A stretch of DNA of 64,000 nt from Octopus sinensis (GCF_006345805.1 NC_043011.1:56928464-56992463), one strand, 5' to 3'. Positions 1-12,638 are shown, numbered from the stretch's first letter. Notes: generated from the sequence alone by a model not told the origin. Made by a program: numbers and translations.

Positions 1-125
1 ATATGCACACACACACACACATATATCATCATCATCATCATCACCATGGATGTCATTATCATTATCATTATCATCATCATCATCTTCTTCTTCATGTTTA
101 ATGTACCTTTTTCCATGCTGGCATG

Positions 126-282
126 ATGGACTTCCACACAGTTTCTGTCTACCAAATTCACTCACATGGCATTGCTCAGCCCTGAGCTATAGTAGAAGAC
201 ATTTGCCCAAGGTGTCACACAGCAGGACTGAACCCGAAACCATGTGGTTGAAAAGCAAGCATGTTAATCACACAGCCATGCC
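126..282 (-). mobile_element. tRNA-headed SINE, family A (5' half only)
   Basis: Reverse complement matches the recurring head GGCTGTGTGGT..AAGCTTGCT..CCACATGGTT..GGGTTCAGTCC..GGCAAGTGTCTTCTACTATAGC seen about 20 times in the window. Confidence 0.8.
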
Positions 283-1199
283 TACACACACACACACACA
301 CACATTATCTTTCATTATCTTTCATTATCTTTTGAGAAGTATGAAGAGTTTCCTTAGAGAGTCAACGGAATGGTATCCCTGACAAATGTTGTTTGTTATG
401 AAGACAGAACATTAACAGTGAAGAAATCTTGACATTTTAATTCACGTTCATCCGCTGCCTTTCGTTTTTCTGGCAACAAACTTGACAAAGCCAGACACAG
501 ACATCAGTGCTGCTGTCTCATTAAGTACCAAACCACACGGTACCTTGATTAACAGTCTGTGGAGTTTTCTCTGTCTAATGCTGAAGTTTACATTTACCTG
601 GCTTCTGTCAATTAGTTAAATGGAGAAGAAACACTGTTATGATCTTTTTCATACAAGACAGACAGACAGACAGAGAGAGAGAGAGGAAGAGAATTCTTCC
701 TTTTGGTTCTAAGTGTCTTTAAAGATGGATTAAGTCTCTCAGCTCGATTTGCGATGTGTGCTTTGTTTGTAAATTTTATTTTTTATGCTTTCATAAAGCA
801 TTGTTAAATTTCTCTCTCTTCCAACTCCTCTTTCTCCTCCTCTTCCTTCTCCTCCTCCTCCTCCTCCTCCATCATCATCATCATCATGAAGCCCTCAAAG
901 ATCTAAAAGAGCCTCTCAAATGACATTTCTCACTTTGTCCAATTGATGCTCACCCACGAAAGGTGACCATTATCCATTGTTGCTGCTGATGCCAGTGACG
1001 ACGACGACGATAATGATGATGATGGTGATGGTGGTGATGCTAGCGGTGGTGGTGATAGTGGCAGTGGTGGCGGCAATATTCTTGCAATAATAAATGTAAG
1101 ACAGATAAAGCCAAATCAAATCCGACAGAGATTATTGAGTAAAAATTTGGAAACGATAATGAAGTTTGTCTCAGATTTCACTTTATAGTTTTTAATTGA

Positions 1200-1212
1200 T
1201 CAGTTAGGTGTG

Positions 1213-1251
<39 letters not shown>

Positions 1252-1435
1252 ATGACTAGATATATCGTTTGTGTGTATTTATCTAGGTGATATTTGTATG
1301 AATATGTGTGATGTGTGTGTATGTATAAGTAAAACTGACTGAATTTCTGTGTAAATGTCTGAATGTATGAATTACTGTATGTCCATATATATATGTGCGT
1401 ATATATATATGTGTGTGTGTGTGTGTGTATATATA

Positions 1436-1485
<50 letters not shown>

Positions 1486-1760
1486 ACTGGATGTTTGTAT
1501 AGATGTGCATATGTATGCTTAAGTATGACTGACTGAATTCTCACATTTATATGTAAAATGACTGCGTGTATAAATGTATGTGTGTATATTTACCTTTATG
1601 AATCTGTAGTGTATTGCATGCGGTATATGTGAATGCTTGGATGCATATCTGTATGTGTCAATGCATGTATGCATGTGTCGGTATGTAGGTACAAATGCAT
1701 GCATGCATATTCGTATGCATTCGTGTATCTATGCATGTATGAATGTATGTCTGTGCAGCA
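1200..1760. repeat. Compound (TG)n/(TA)n/(TATG)n microsatellite field
   Basis: Directly visible dinucleotide and tetranucleotide runs; source of the HT/YI/CV-rich ORFs. Confidence 0.9.
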
Positions 1761-2127
1761 GCTGCAGCCAAGAGCATCAACAATCCTCGTTAAATCTGAA
1801 ACTTGAGTTATCAAAACCATTCTAAAATATCACAAACTGTCACGTTTTCAAAGACATTAAAAGAATAATAAAAAAAAAAAAAAGAAAATTCTTCAGTCAT
1901 TTTTACTGTTTTATAATAAGTAATAATGATTTCTAACATAGGCAACAAGATCACAAATACTGTGTGGTGGTGTGTGGTGTGGGGGTAGGTAGAGGAATAA
2001 CCAATTAGAGTTTTTCCCCCAGTATTTGACTGGTATCTGCTTTTAGCATCCCCCAGAAGGATGATGACACACATAAAGTTCACTATGACAGATTGTAATT
2101 ACTTGCACTACCATCAACTTTCATCAC

Positions 2128-2162
<35 letters not shown>

Positions 2163-2659
2163 GTAGCATCAATGATTTTACATTCAATGCACATTGTTGT
2201 CATTTGAACCCATGCAAGCTCTAATCCAGCAAGCAGACTTATTTATATTCGAAAAGGTTTTAGCCAAACTGTCCCCTCTTTTTACAGGAAGTGGGTTGAC
2301 AGTAACTTCAAAGTCTTGGCCTGGTAGCCTTTGTCTGACTGTACGGTCGGATGATTGCTACTAGCATCTTGGTTCTAGAGTAGGTACACCATGGCTGTCC
2401 CCATGTGTTGTAAGGGGTAACTTAAAGCATTGGCAATTGGAAGAATGGCCAGCTGCCACTGACTGACAAAATATAATAGACACGCGCCATCAACATACAT
2501 GGAAAAGTAAACATAAACCAATGATGATGATGATGTGGTTTAATTGAGCTTAACAAAGCTCAATGCAGGGTTCAAATCTCAACAGTGAGGGTTTTTTTTT
2601 TTAAAATTTCCAATTGCTGTTTAAAAAGATATAACACTTACAATTCATGGATGTTTATA

Positions 2660-2875
2660 TATTTATAACATCAGTTGTCAAGTGATGGTGGGGGGTGGGA
2701 CAAACAGACAACAAATACATATACAGATATGTATACATACGATGGGCTTCTTTCAGTTTCTGTCTACCAAATTCACTCACAAGGCTTTGGTTGGCCTGAG
2801 GCTATAGTAGAAGTCACTTGCCCAGGGTGCCACGCAGTGGGACTGAACCCGGAACCATGTGTTTACAGAAGATAA
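2660..2875 (-). mobile_element. Family A SINE with part of its 3' half
   Basis: GATGGGCTTCTTTCAGTTTC..CTACCAAATTCACTCACAAGGCTTTGG..GGGACTGAACCCGGAACCATGTG, same as the 23590-24000 copy. Confidence 0.8.
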
Positions 2876-3639
2876 GAGTTTGTGTGTTTGTGTCCTGTGC
2901 GTGGAGGTAACCTTCAATATTTCTTCACCAAGGGGTTCTTTAACCTAATATTCTGCATGGTGTTATTTACAGCTTTATCTACTAAAGGTTTCACCATTAA
3001 AGAAATATTTTATATAAGATATATATATATAATGTTATATGTACATAAAATAATTCTATGTGTGTGTAGTTCCAAAATAGAAAGATTCTATTTAAGAACG
3101 TGAGGCTTGATTGAAAATAGTTCCAATGTTTTGGTTGAATTTTGTTTTGGCTAACTCACCCACTTCAAAGAAACACTGAGTTAAGGCTGGAAATTAATCC
3201 TTTATTTCACACAATAAAAACCAGTCTATTTATTATAATATGGTTAAAGAATATTTTTTAAAGTATTTAACGATATTATTTTCCTGTGGAAGATCATTTC
3301 TACATTGGCATAAACATATCTTCATTTCTCTTCAATTGAACAAAGAAAAATGAACTAATTTTCTTTTACCACTCAATTTAAACTAATTCTTTTTATTGTT
3401 GTTTTTGTGCTTTCCAGGATCAATATCTTACTTAGAATTTCTAAATTGTCTTTTTGCTTTTTGTAAATATTACTTTTATTATTATTATTTTTTTCTTTTT
3501 TGTATATATCCTAGAATTTTGTCGAATGGCAGCTGTCAGTTAATTTATTTTTCTTTCTATAAATATCTTCCCCACATTAAAAGATAAGTAAGTAGTGTAA
3601 GGAAGTTAAGAGAGGTGGATTTAGAGGTTATACAAGAAA

Positions 3640-4160
3640 AAGAGTCTGTTAAAAGCCAGGTATACGAGTGTGATAAGGAAAACAGATGAAAGCTGCAAAG
3701 TTGTAATGTTTAGAATAACAAAACCTGATGCTAAAGGGAAGTTTGGATGTCACACGAGAGAACTGTGTAATGATATTGGAATGTTGGCCCTTAGTGACAA
3801 TAGCAGACAAAATGTTGCTAAAACATTTATACAGGTGTCTTCTAAATAAAGAAAATGACTGGCAGAAAAGGTATTGTTCCATGCTGACTCAGTCTTCAGC
3901 TGCAGAAAACGTCTTATAAAGCTAAAAGGGTCTAAGAACCACTTTGGTTATTCTGATGTCTGTTTCTGTATTTAATGGATAGCAATGGAGTATTTATATA
4001 TCAGAAAACTTGTAGATCAGATAGATGTAAAAGCAGCAGACCGGGTCACAGAGTTAATGGAAGAGAAAAAAAATGAAGTAAATAGCAAACACTTAGAGTC
4101 TGTTCTACCGGAGAACTAGGCGTGTGATAGGAATTACTAAAGGAACACTGTATGGTTCTT
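3640..4160 (+). mobile_element. Highly decayed RTE-type LINE ORF2 linker fragment
   Basis: Across frameshifts it reads DVTRENCV/NDIGMLALSD/KHLYRCLLNKENDW, resembling the DVxxExCVRNDxGxLAxxD..WKxHYERLLNxEN region of RTE ORF2 as I recall it. Many stops. Confidence 0.45.
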
Positions 4161-4302
4161 TTTGTTATTTTGTTGACTTTGAGCAGACGTTTACAATCAT
4201 AGTGCTGCTGCAGTACACTTGTGTTCCAATATTTGCTTCACTGTTGTCATGAGTTTCCGAGGACAGCTTGAAAATATCATCATCATCATCATCATCATTT
4301 AA

Positions 4303-4523
4303 CCCTCTTGCTACCAACCCGGCTGAAACCACTTCTGGCTCTGTAGTACAAATGTTTTGGTTTCTTAAGTTTTGAATTAAATTTTTCCACCAAATCTTAG
4401 TCACAATTTATGTTCCTAACACCAGCTTAATGATAACTAAGTTATTTTACCAAATTCTTTGTTATATTTAAAATTAATTGAAAGAAACACGGAGCATCTC
4501 AAAATAAATACGCAATGAAAGGG
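4303..4523 (+). mobile_element. piggyBac-type MITE, family E
   Basis: TTAA at 4299-4302 and 4524-4527; ends CCCTCTTG..../..ATGAAAGGG; body matches 12639-12860. Confidence 0.8.
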
Positions 4524-4639
4524 TTAATGTCCACTTTTCCACTCTAACATGGCTCAGACAAAATTTGTTGAGGTAAATTTTTTAATGGCCAGATGCCCCT
4601 CCTGTCACCAACCCTCACCTGTTTCCACATTCTCAACAG

Positions 4640-5215
4640 TCTCATAAGGCATATTGATTGCTAAAAGAATACTTTTCAATTTACCTTTATACCTGAACCA
4701 AATCCATCCAAAGTTCCTGTGTCCACTATCAAGCTAGCAATACATGGTAACTTTAGGAATTCTTTCGTCATTCATTCTGATGACATGACCAACCCAGCAG
4801 ACTTGTGATTGTCTTCAAGATTTTAACCAAAAATTGCTTAAAGACAGCCTTTATATAAAAGATATCTGGTTGGTTGATGTACAACCTGTGTAGAGTCCAA
4901 GATGAGTTTTATGCTCATCTCATTCCAGAAATGATGATGGAGTTCACCAAAGGCATTGGCAGCTTTCCCTATAATATAGGGAAGATGCATTTGACCTCAC
5001 CATATTGCCAAGATTTGTGAATGGGTTCACATGCTTGAGATTCTTTCCATCAACCTTTATAGGGATATCTGGGACCCGGTGTTTCCTGTTAGGCACCTTG
5101 AATTCGTTTGGGCATAAAGCATAGCTTGGTGGATCATCTCCACTTTGCTTTTAACACTTATACACACATGCATTACAAAGGTTGACAGGTACAAGCTCCT
5201 TAAGTAGCTCTCACC
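4640..5215 (-). mobile_element. Decayed RTE (BovB-like) LINE, RT C-terminal region
   Basis: Minus-strand fragments PDIPIKVDGKNLKHVNPFTNLGNMVRSNA, IGKAANAFGEL..FWNE and VCWVGHVIRMNDERIPKVTMY match RTE motifs (FTYLGS, RIAKASxAFGRL, RWAGHVxRMxDxRIPK). Stops and frameshifts present. Confidence 0.75.
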
Positions 5216-5254
5216 TTTTATGATTATATATATATATATATATATATTCAAAAT

Positions 5255-5465
5255 GTGACCGCATGTGTACTGTTGGCAATTTTTTCCCTCCGTCTTCCCT
5301 TCCTTGAATCTTTCCTTTTCCTATGTTTCTGATGAAGAGCTCCGCTCAAAACGTTAAAACCTCCTTCTTTCTTTCCTTTCCTGAGCGTCCAATAACACTA
5401 TACTTGTTCCACGTCCTCGTGTTGTTGTGTTTTCTCTTTGTTTTTTCATGTTTGGATTAACTATA
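5255..5465 (+). mobile_element. Family H1 repeat (possible Penelope-like pseudo-LTR remnant) with hammerhead-like motif
   Basis: About 85-90% similar by eye to 44670-44880; ends in (TA)n; contains GTTT-CTGATGA-AGAGC-TCC-GCTC-AAAACGT-T-AAAAC. Confidence 0.55.
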
Positions 5466-5498
5466 TATGTGTATATATATATATATATATACACTCTG

Positions 5499-5830
5499 TG
5501 AAGGTGCATCGCTCAATGGTTAGAGCATCGAGCTTATGATCGTAAGGTTGTGAGTTCAATTCGCAGACCAGGCTGCATGTTGTGTTCTTGAGCAAGACAC
5601 TTTATTTCACATTGCTCCACTTCACTCAGCTGTAGAAATGAGTTGTGACATCACTGGCGTCAAGCTGTATCGGCCCCTTTGCCTTTCCCTTGGATAACAT
5701 CAGTGGCGTGGAAAGAGAAAGGTGGTATACATAGGTGACTGCTGGCCTTCCACAAACAACCTTGCCCGGACTTGTGCCTCGGAGGTTAACTTTCTAGGTG
5801 CAATCCCATGGTCATTCATGACCAAAGGGT
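5499..5830 (+). mobile_element. tRNA-derived SINE, distinct family
   Basis: Degenerate A box (TCGCTCAATGGTTAGAGC) and B box (GAGTTCAATTCG), then TGTTCTTGAGCAAGACACTTTATTTCAC..TTGCTCC central block and an (AAC)n-like tail. Confidence 0.75.
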
Positions 5831-6418
5831 GTCACGACAACGACAACAACACAATGATATATATACTCTATATTTTGTATAGAGTTCTATATTAGGTAAC
5901 GTTTAATCACAGTGTACATTATACTGATATATGTTAAGTACCCACATCATCCTTGCTTTAATGTACACTTTTCTATGCTTGCGTGGATCAGACAAAACCC
6001 ATTCAGACAGAGTCTCTATGGCTGGATGCTCTTCCTATTACCAATCCTCATTGATAGATGATTCCATGAAGAAGAATTGATTTATTTTACAGAAACAAGA
6101 TAACTCATCAAATAATTTGAATTCTCTTCATAGACATTTCTTTTCTGTGTGCGTGTGTGGCTGCAAGTAGAACTGTTTGGTTTGGTTTGGTTATCTATTG
6201 ATTTTTGGAAAGTAATTGGAATTTTCAGAACTGTTCACTGTTCAGTTTATCATTTGTAACTTGTGGAGATTGGTGGTGTGTAATAAATGCCTTTTAGTGA
6301 CTTTTGCTTTGCTAGTGACATCTCACAGCCAGAAAGTACTAATCAACTTATATAGAGCCAACCAGATAAGCATTTCTTTCTCTCCTTCCCCCTCTCTCTA
6401 AATCATGGAGTCATCACC

Positions 6419-6419
<1 letters not shown>

Positions 6420-6450
<31 letters not shown>

Positions 6451-6660
6451 CATCATCATGTGTCCATTTTCCTTGCTGGCATGGATGGGTTGAGTGGTTT
6501 GACAGGACCCAGCAAGCCTAAGGACTGCTCCAAGTTCCAGTTTCAGCCTTGACATGATTTCTATAGCTACATGTCCTTCCAAATGCCAACCACCCTGCAA
6601 TGGTACTAGGGTACATTTTTTTCTTCTTCTGCCACTGGAACTAGTGACGTCACCAGGTAA
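6420..6660 (-). mobile_element. Family D (GAT)n-tailed short element, decayed
   Basis: (CAT)n run followed by TTTCCTTGCTGGCATGGATGGGTTG..TTTCTATAGCTACATGTCCTTCC..AATGCCAACC. Confidence 0.65.
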
Positions 6661-7138
6661 CTCACCAGACTCTTGTCTGAGTTTGGGTGTGGCATAGAGA
6701 CAGATGGCTTTCTGGCAGGTGACGAGGGGCCGAGACAGGAATAGATGTCTTGCTGTGGAGGAGATACATGGCTACTCCTACAGGAAAAGGAGAAAGGGTT
6801 GTGGAGATGAAGTGACAGGGTCTACCATTGAGGGACGGGAAGGTGGATAAGGAGAAAACGGAGACTTAAAAATGAGTAGTGAGGTCAGCATGAACAGCTG
6901 AAACTCTGCAGGGTATTGCCCCAGCATGAGCACTGTCTGATGACTAAAACAAGGAAAGGAACAATAGAAAGACAAAGGTAACTGAAAACGATCAGGAAAT
7001 GGACTGACCCCTGAAAAGATTGCATAGAAGAATCTTGGAATAAAACAAGTGAGGTTAATAGTCAGGTAATTTAGAATAGAGCTTAGTAATAATTCCTCTC
7101 ATACATTTCAACTACATGATGGTCATGATAGTATTAAT

Positions 7139-7169
<31 letters not shown>

Positions 7170-8693
7170 TGCAATCATTGTGATTCTTTTGTTTTGTGGA
7201 ATATTGAATAACAGATTTATTGAAATCAGGTTTTGGATTTGGTTGTTTTGTTTTTTTGCTATGTATGAGTTTTTGGATTGCCCAGGATTTTTTCCTATTG
7301 TGTATTTCGAGGTAATTTGAATAAAATTTGTTTCACTTAGTCCTTATCTCTCTTGTAATCCAAACACATACATACATACACACATTCCAATGTCGTTTTC
7401 TTGTAGTTATTATATTTTTGGCGAAATAAAATAATTTCTGTTGTTTTGAATAATAATATACAGGATATGTGATGCTGGCACACTCACACTAATGCACAGA
7501 AACACACACACATGCACAAACACACTCACGCATGTATACATATGACATAAAAATACACTTGTAAAATGTAATCATGTTTATGTTGTAAATTTTATAGAAC
7601 TGCAGAATTTAAAAATCTTTATGGTATAAATACCGTATTCCAACCTCTAGGTATAAATTGATTATCATGGCATGGTTTTTGTTGTCTGCGTTCTTCAAGG
7701 AATTCAATAGACCGAAAAACAAAACAAAAAACAGCAGCACACTTTTGGTAGGCTATAACTAGACATCTGAAGTCTTTCATCAAAACAATTTAATTAGCTA
7801 TATTATGTTTTTCTTTTGTTTGAATTTTATTTACTTTTTTGACCTTTCAGCTGTTATCCTTCAAAAACATTAGCTACTGGGCATGAGGGTGGTGAGGCGT
7901 GGTGTGGATACCAAAATACAAAACCAAAGTATATTTATGCTAAATAAATAGATGGTGGCTGGTGAAAGTTATAGTGGTGGAGGAATTGCGGGGAGGGGGA
8001 ATTAACTTGTATTTGTGTCTTATATATATAATATATATATATATATATATGTATATGTATGCATGTATGTATGTATCCACATCTGCTGATTGAATTAAAG
8101 TGAATAGCTGTTGAATATGAAAGGAGACTAATTACGGTTTGATAAATATCAACTTAAGGAAGTAACACCAGTTTGTTTATTTTACTTATTATTTTATGCT
8201 ACATTTTGTTTTACACTTATTAAAGAACATTCTCATAAAAAAAAAAAGTGACAATATTGTGATTTGTTTTTTTTCTTCTTTATCTTCATTTTTATTGCAT
8301 ATTTGAATTGAATTTAACTTGGAATTTTTATCCCAGACTCTTTTTTTTTTTTTTTTTGTTGTACCATCAACTCTCTTCCACCTTCCCCACTTCCTCTGCT
8401 GCCAACACTAATTCATTTATGTCCATTTTCTATCCTCATTTCTTTTGCCATATATCTTCTGTAGGATTTTTTTCTTATTCTTCATTTGGTTTTCAATGTA
8501 TTAAATGTTCTAAAAGTGTCTGTAGACATCCTTTCTCCCCAAAACACTGTGGCCATCCTTAGTCAATACATTCTTTCTCCCAGCCATAGTAATCCACATG
8601 GAATGTAGCTCTGTTCCTGAAAAACCATAATTCCACAAATGTTTAATTTACCAATTTCTTCATAGATTGAAAAAAAAATGATGAACATCTTTA

Positions 8694-9090
8694 GGTGCAG
8701 GAGTGGCTGTGTAGTAAGTAGCTTGCTTACCAACCACGTGGTTCGGAGTTCAGTCCCACTGTATGGCACCTTGGGCAAGTATCTTCTACTATAGCCTTGG
8801 GCCAACCAAAGCCTTGTAGTGGATTTGGTAGACGGAAAGTGAAAGAAGCCCGTTGTATATATATGTATGTATATGTTTGTGTGTCTGTATTTGGACACCC
8901 CCCCCAAATCGCTTGACAACCAATGCTAGTGTGTTTATGTCCCTCGTAACTTAACGGTTCAGCAAAAGTGACTGACAGAATAGGTACTAGGTTTACAAAG
9001 AACAAGTCCTGGTGTTGACTTGCTCGACTAAAGGTGGTGCTCCAGCATGGCCGCAGTCAAATCACTGAAACAAGTAAAAGAGTAAAAGAG
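8694..9090 (+). mobile_element. Full-length family A SINE (tRNA-like head + internal microsatellite + 3' half)
   Basis: GGAGTGGCTGTGTAGTAAG..GTTCAGTCCCACTG..AAAGAAGCCCG-(TA/TG)n-TCGCTTGACAACC..CCAGCATGGCCGCAGTCAAATCACTGAAACAAGTAAAAGAGTAAAAGAG. Confidence 0.85.
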
Positions 9091-9484
9091 CCTTAATTGG
9101 TTTTTGACCCTTATAAGGATTCTCATCTGAAGTGTCTAAAACAATTGACCCATCTGTTTCTATACTCATGGAATCCAGTGGCTTTAAGAAACAACGAAAG
9201 CAACAATAATGTGTTTTTCAAAGCTCTGACCCATAATACTTTAGATTTAGGATTTCAACCTCTCTACATGTTTTATGTATGTTTTTCATATTTCATCTTC
9301 ATTGCTCTAAAAACGCCAATATGATAGATGCAGGCATGGCTGTATAATAAAGAAGTTCCAATCACATGGTTCCAGGTTCGATCCCACTGCATATCACCTT
9401 TGGTAAATATCTTCTATTGTAGCCCCAGGCTAATTAAAGTCTTAGGGGTGGATTTGGATGGTAGAAACTGAAAAAAGCCCATCA

Positions 9485-9525
<41 letters not shown>

Positions 9526-9549
9526 GTGTGTATATATATGTGTATATAT

Positions 9550-9619
<70 letters not shown>

Positions 9620-10205
9620 GGAAGAACATCCAGTGGACAAAAATCTACCTCAGGGAATTCCATCTGATGCATGTGAGAATGGGAAAAGCAATGTTAAATT
9701 GGTTCCAATGATGGTCATAATATTTTTCAAAGTAAAAGACAGAGATGGAATGTATGGCAGAATCTTATAGTCTTTTGGTTTTGTAGCAAGATCTGAAGAG
9801 TGGAGTCTCCAGTGCAATTTCACTTCCAACCAAAACCATCTCACTTTGCTTATGACACTGTTAATAACCTTAGAAAAAACACACAAATCATTAAAAAGCC
9901 TCAACATAGTCACTTCATTTGCTAGAAATTGCAGCCAAACCCTCCCCAAATCACATACAGTATAGTTCCTGATATATATATATAAAAAAAAACAGTGTTC
10001 TACCTTTGATCATAGGTCTGCTCAATATGAGCTGACCTGGGGTCAAACAGTAACCTTATCATTACAGCTACCCCCTCCCCCCACCTCCTTTAAGTATAAG
10101 GATCTGTGCATCTGGTAAAAAAAAGGAAAAGAAAATTTATATGAAGAAAAAACACAGCAGCTGTGTAATGAATTCTTGGAAAGCCATATTTTCTTTGGTC
10201 TCCAG

Positions 10206-10267
10206 ATGATGTCCGTGATCATTCCTCATTGCAACAGCATGCCATGTCCCCCTTTAACGAGATATAA
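10206..10267 (+). other. Weak candidate terminal coding exon (xDVRDHSSLQQHAMSPFNEI*)
   Basis: Pyrimidine-rich acceptor TATTTTCTTTGGTCTCCAG, 20 open codons to TAA in non-repetitive sequence, A-rich region with AATAAA downstream. No homology recognised. Confidence 0.2.
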
Positions 10268-10969
10268 CTGTTAATGAAACAGATAATTGAAAAGAACTTG
10301 ATATCATAATTTGCTTTTATTAAAAACAAAAAAAAAAACAAAATAAAGAAAGAAAGAAGGGAAGCAAATTATTTTGTCGTGCTGTATTAATTAGTGCTGT
10401 AATAGCTGCTGCTGCTGCTTCTTGTGTGTCAGATCTCTTATATTACAGTTCTGTTAATGTTTTAATAAAGGGAAGCAGCAAGAGAAGATGATGATGATGA
10501 TAATGGTAATAATAATAATAATACTAATAATAACCGTTACCAGACCTCAGTCATTGTCTGCCAGACAAAGCAGTTGTTTTGTGTTGGTATTTTTAGATAA
10601 GGACTTTGTTGTTACAGGTTTTATGTCGTGTGTCTGGTTTACGAGAATATTATCATTATTATTATTATTATTATTACATTAGAGAGAAAGAGAGAGAGAT
10701 GGTGGTGGTGGTAGTGGGGGGGGCAATGAAGATTGTTGCTGTTGAGCTCACTGGAGGGTTAATGGCTTGTGTCATAACAACTGGAAAGTGTACAATATCT
10801 ACCGTGTGTATGTGTGTGTGTGTGTGTGTGTATATACCCAAGACTTTCTAACTCTTGTCTGCACAGTCTATCTGCCCGTGTAAAGGTACCATGGCGCAGT
10901 GCAAATAAGCCGCGTGCAGCTGTTCACTAATATAAAACAGGAGAGATTCTGTGATAAGATGGATTTCAT

Positions 10970-11150
10970 TCTGTTGCTTTTTGCTTGTTTTAGTCATTGG
11001 ACTGTGGCCATGCTGGAGCATCACCTCGAAGGGTTTTGGTTGAAAGAATCAGCCCCAGGACTTATGTCTCTTTTAGATCTGGTACTTATTCTATTATTCT
11101 CTTTTGTTGAACTGCTAGGTCATGAGAGCATAAGCAGTGGTGGGACAAAT

Positions 11151-11190
<40 letters not shown>

Positions 11191-11325
11191 CTTATGTATA
11201 ATATGCACTTGCAAGGCATTGTTTGGCCCATGGCTATAGTAGAAGACAGGGTACTGTGTGGTAGGACTGAACCAAAAACCTATGGCTACAAATTGAGGTT
11301 CTTAACCACACAGCCAAGCCTGCTG
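10970..11325 (-). mobile_element. Family A SINE, decayed full length
   Basis: 3' half (TCATTGGACTGTGGCCATGCTGGAGCA), (CA)n, then head (CTATAGTAGAAGAC..GGACTGAACC..CCACACAGCCA). Confidence 0.7.
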
Positions 11326-11449
11326 CCACAAGTTTATTTTTTTTTCACTTGATGAGTCTGGAGGAGGGGACAGAGCCCACAGCTCTTGCAGTCCTTCCTA
11401 AACTGGTGAGATTAATGTCGTTAATATTCTGTTTGAACTGTTGCCAGTC

Positions 11450-11482
<33 letters not shown>

Positions 11483-11559
11483 TTAATGTCTGCCTTCTGT
11501 GCAGGCATGAGTTGGATGAGCCCGCCAGGTAGAAGACTACCCCAGGCTACTATCTGTGA

Positions 11560-11885
11560 ATATCTGCAGGAAAGAGATATGAACATCATTTGGGGATGAA
11601 GGATTGGATAGAGAGGTTAGTGCCGGGGGAAAAGGGTTGAGAATTGGACACACAAAAGGTGCTGAAAGATGGGGGAGAGAAGCTGGTTGAGTGAAGGTGG
11701 AGGTTCAAGACCAGCCAACCCAGGACAGCAGAGGCCATTGTAACAGTTGTAAAAAAATGACAGAGAGCAGATACAGAATACATGTGAGTGAGAGGTTGAA
11801 ACTGGACAACTGAGTCCCAGGGCTCAAAGAAAAAAAATACATCCCAGGTCAGGACAACGTCCCTCTGTCTCCATCGGAAGTTCAT
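11560..11885 (-). mobile_element. Decayed CR1/L2-group LINE 3' coding fragment
   Basis: FQPLTHMYSVSALCHFF..LGWLVLNLH..TNLSIQSFIPK resembles the LQPLxHRRxVSALCxFY..SFIPRT C-terminus of L2/Crack-type RTs. Confidence 0.5.
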
Positions 11886-12638
11886 CCCTACCTCCCTCCA
11901 TCCACCCCACCTCTCGTTACTACCTCTAATTTAAATGGTGATCCTTTAAGTGTGTTTTGACAATAAGACTCATTATTTTGTTGTTGGCCCTGAAATTGGA
12001 AGAAAAAAAAAAACTCCTTGAAAACAAAAGTTAAATCTGACACAGAATGAGACAACCGTTTCTTTATAAACAGATTTAGTAGAGAAATCAGAAATACCTC
12101 CTTTTCTTCTTCACATCACTGTTAGACGAGGAAAGTACGAAGATTGAAAGTGGAATGAACTAAAAGAAAACAAAAAACAAAAATATCATTTGACCAAATA
12201 TAAACAAGATTTTCTAGAATTTCAGGACCACTAAGAGAGTTGAGATTAAACGAAAAACTGGGATTTGGAGGATAACGTTTCAGATGGATCTGAAGGAGGA
12301 AAATAGAAGAAGAAGAAGGAGGAAGAAGAAGGAGGAGGAGGAAGAGGAGGAGTGTAGTTTGTGAAGTTAGCAGTTTGGGAATATCTAAGGAGAACATCTA
12401 AGTGGTTTAAGATAAAGTTTCTGTAAAGGAGACGAGCATTGGCAAAATTTTGCATCAGTTGTGTATCAGTTACAGAAATATATCTGAGTACATAACATGG
12501 AGGGGTTGTTTGTTATTTTTAAGTAGTAATAGTAGTGGTTGTGAAGTGGTGAGCATCATAGGTGGTGGTGATGTTTACTCTTCAAGGCCAACTCTGATTG
12601 CACAGGCCTTATAATCCAAAAGCATTTTAACTGTTTAA

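Noticed and set aside
1200-1825. ORFs rich in HT, YI or CV repeats here and at 9442-9770, 27090-27423, 28381-29454, 44190-44595 and 59922-60224
   Set aside because: They are translations of (CA)n/(TA)n/(TG)n microsatellites, which lack stops in several frames; no coding signal.
2289-2377. Possible exon between TTTTACAG and GTAGGT
   Set aside because: Stops in all three frames, and the start resembles a repeat fragment also seen at 32279.
5499-5580. tRNA gene
   Set aside because: A and B boxes are degenerate, no acceptor stem closes, and it continues directly into a SINE body.
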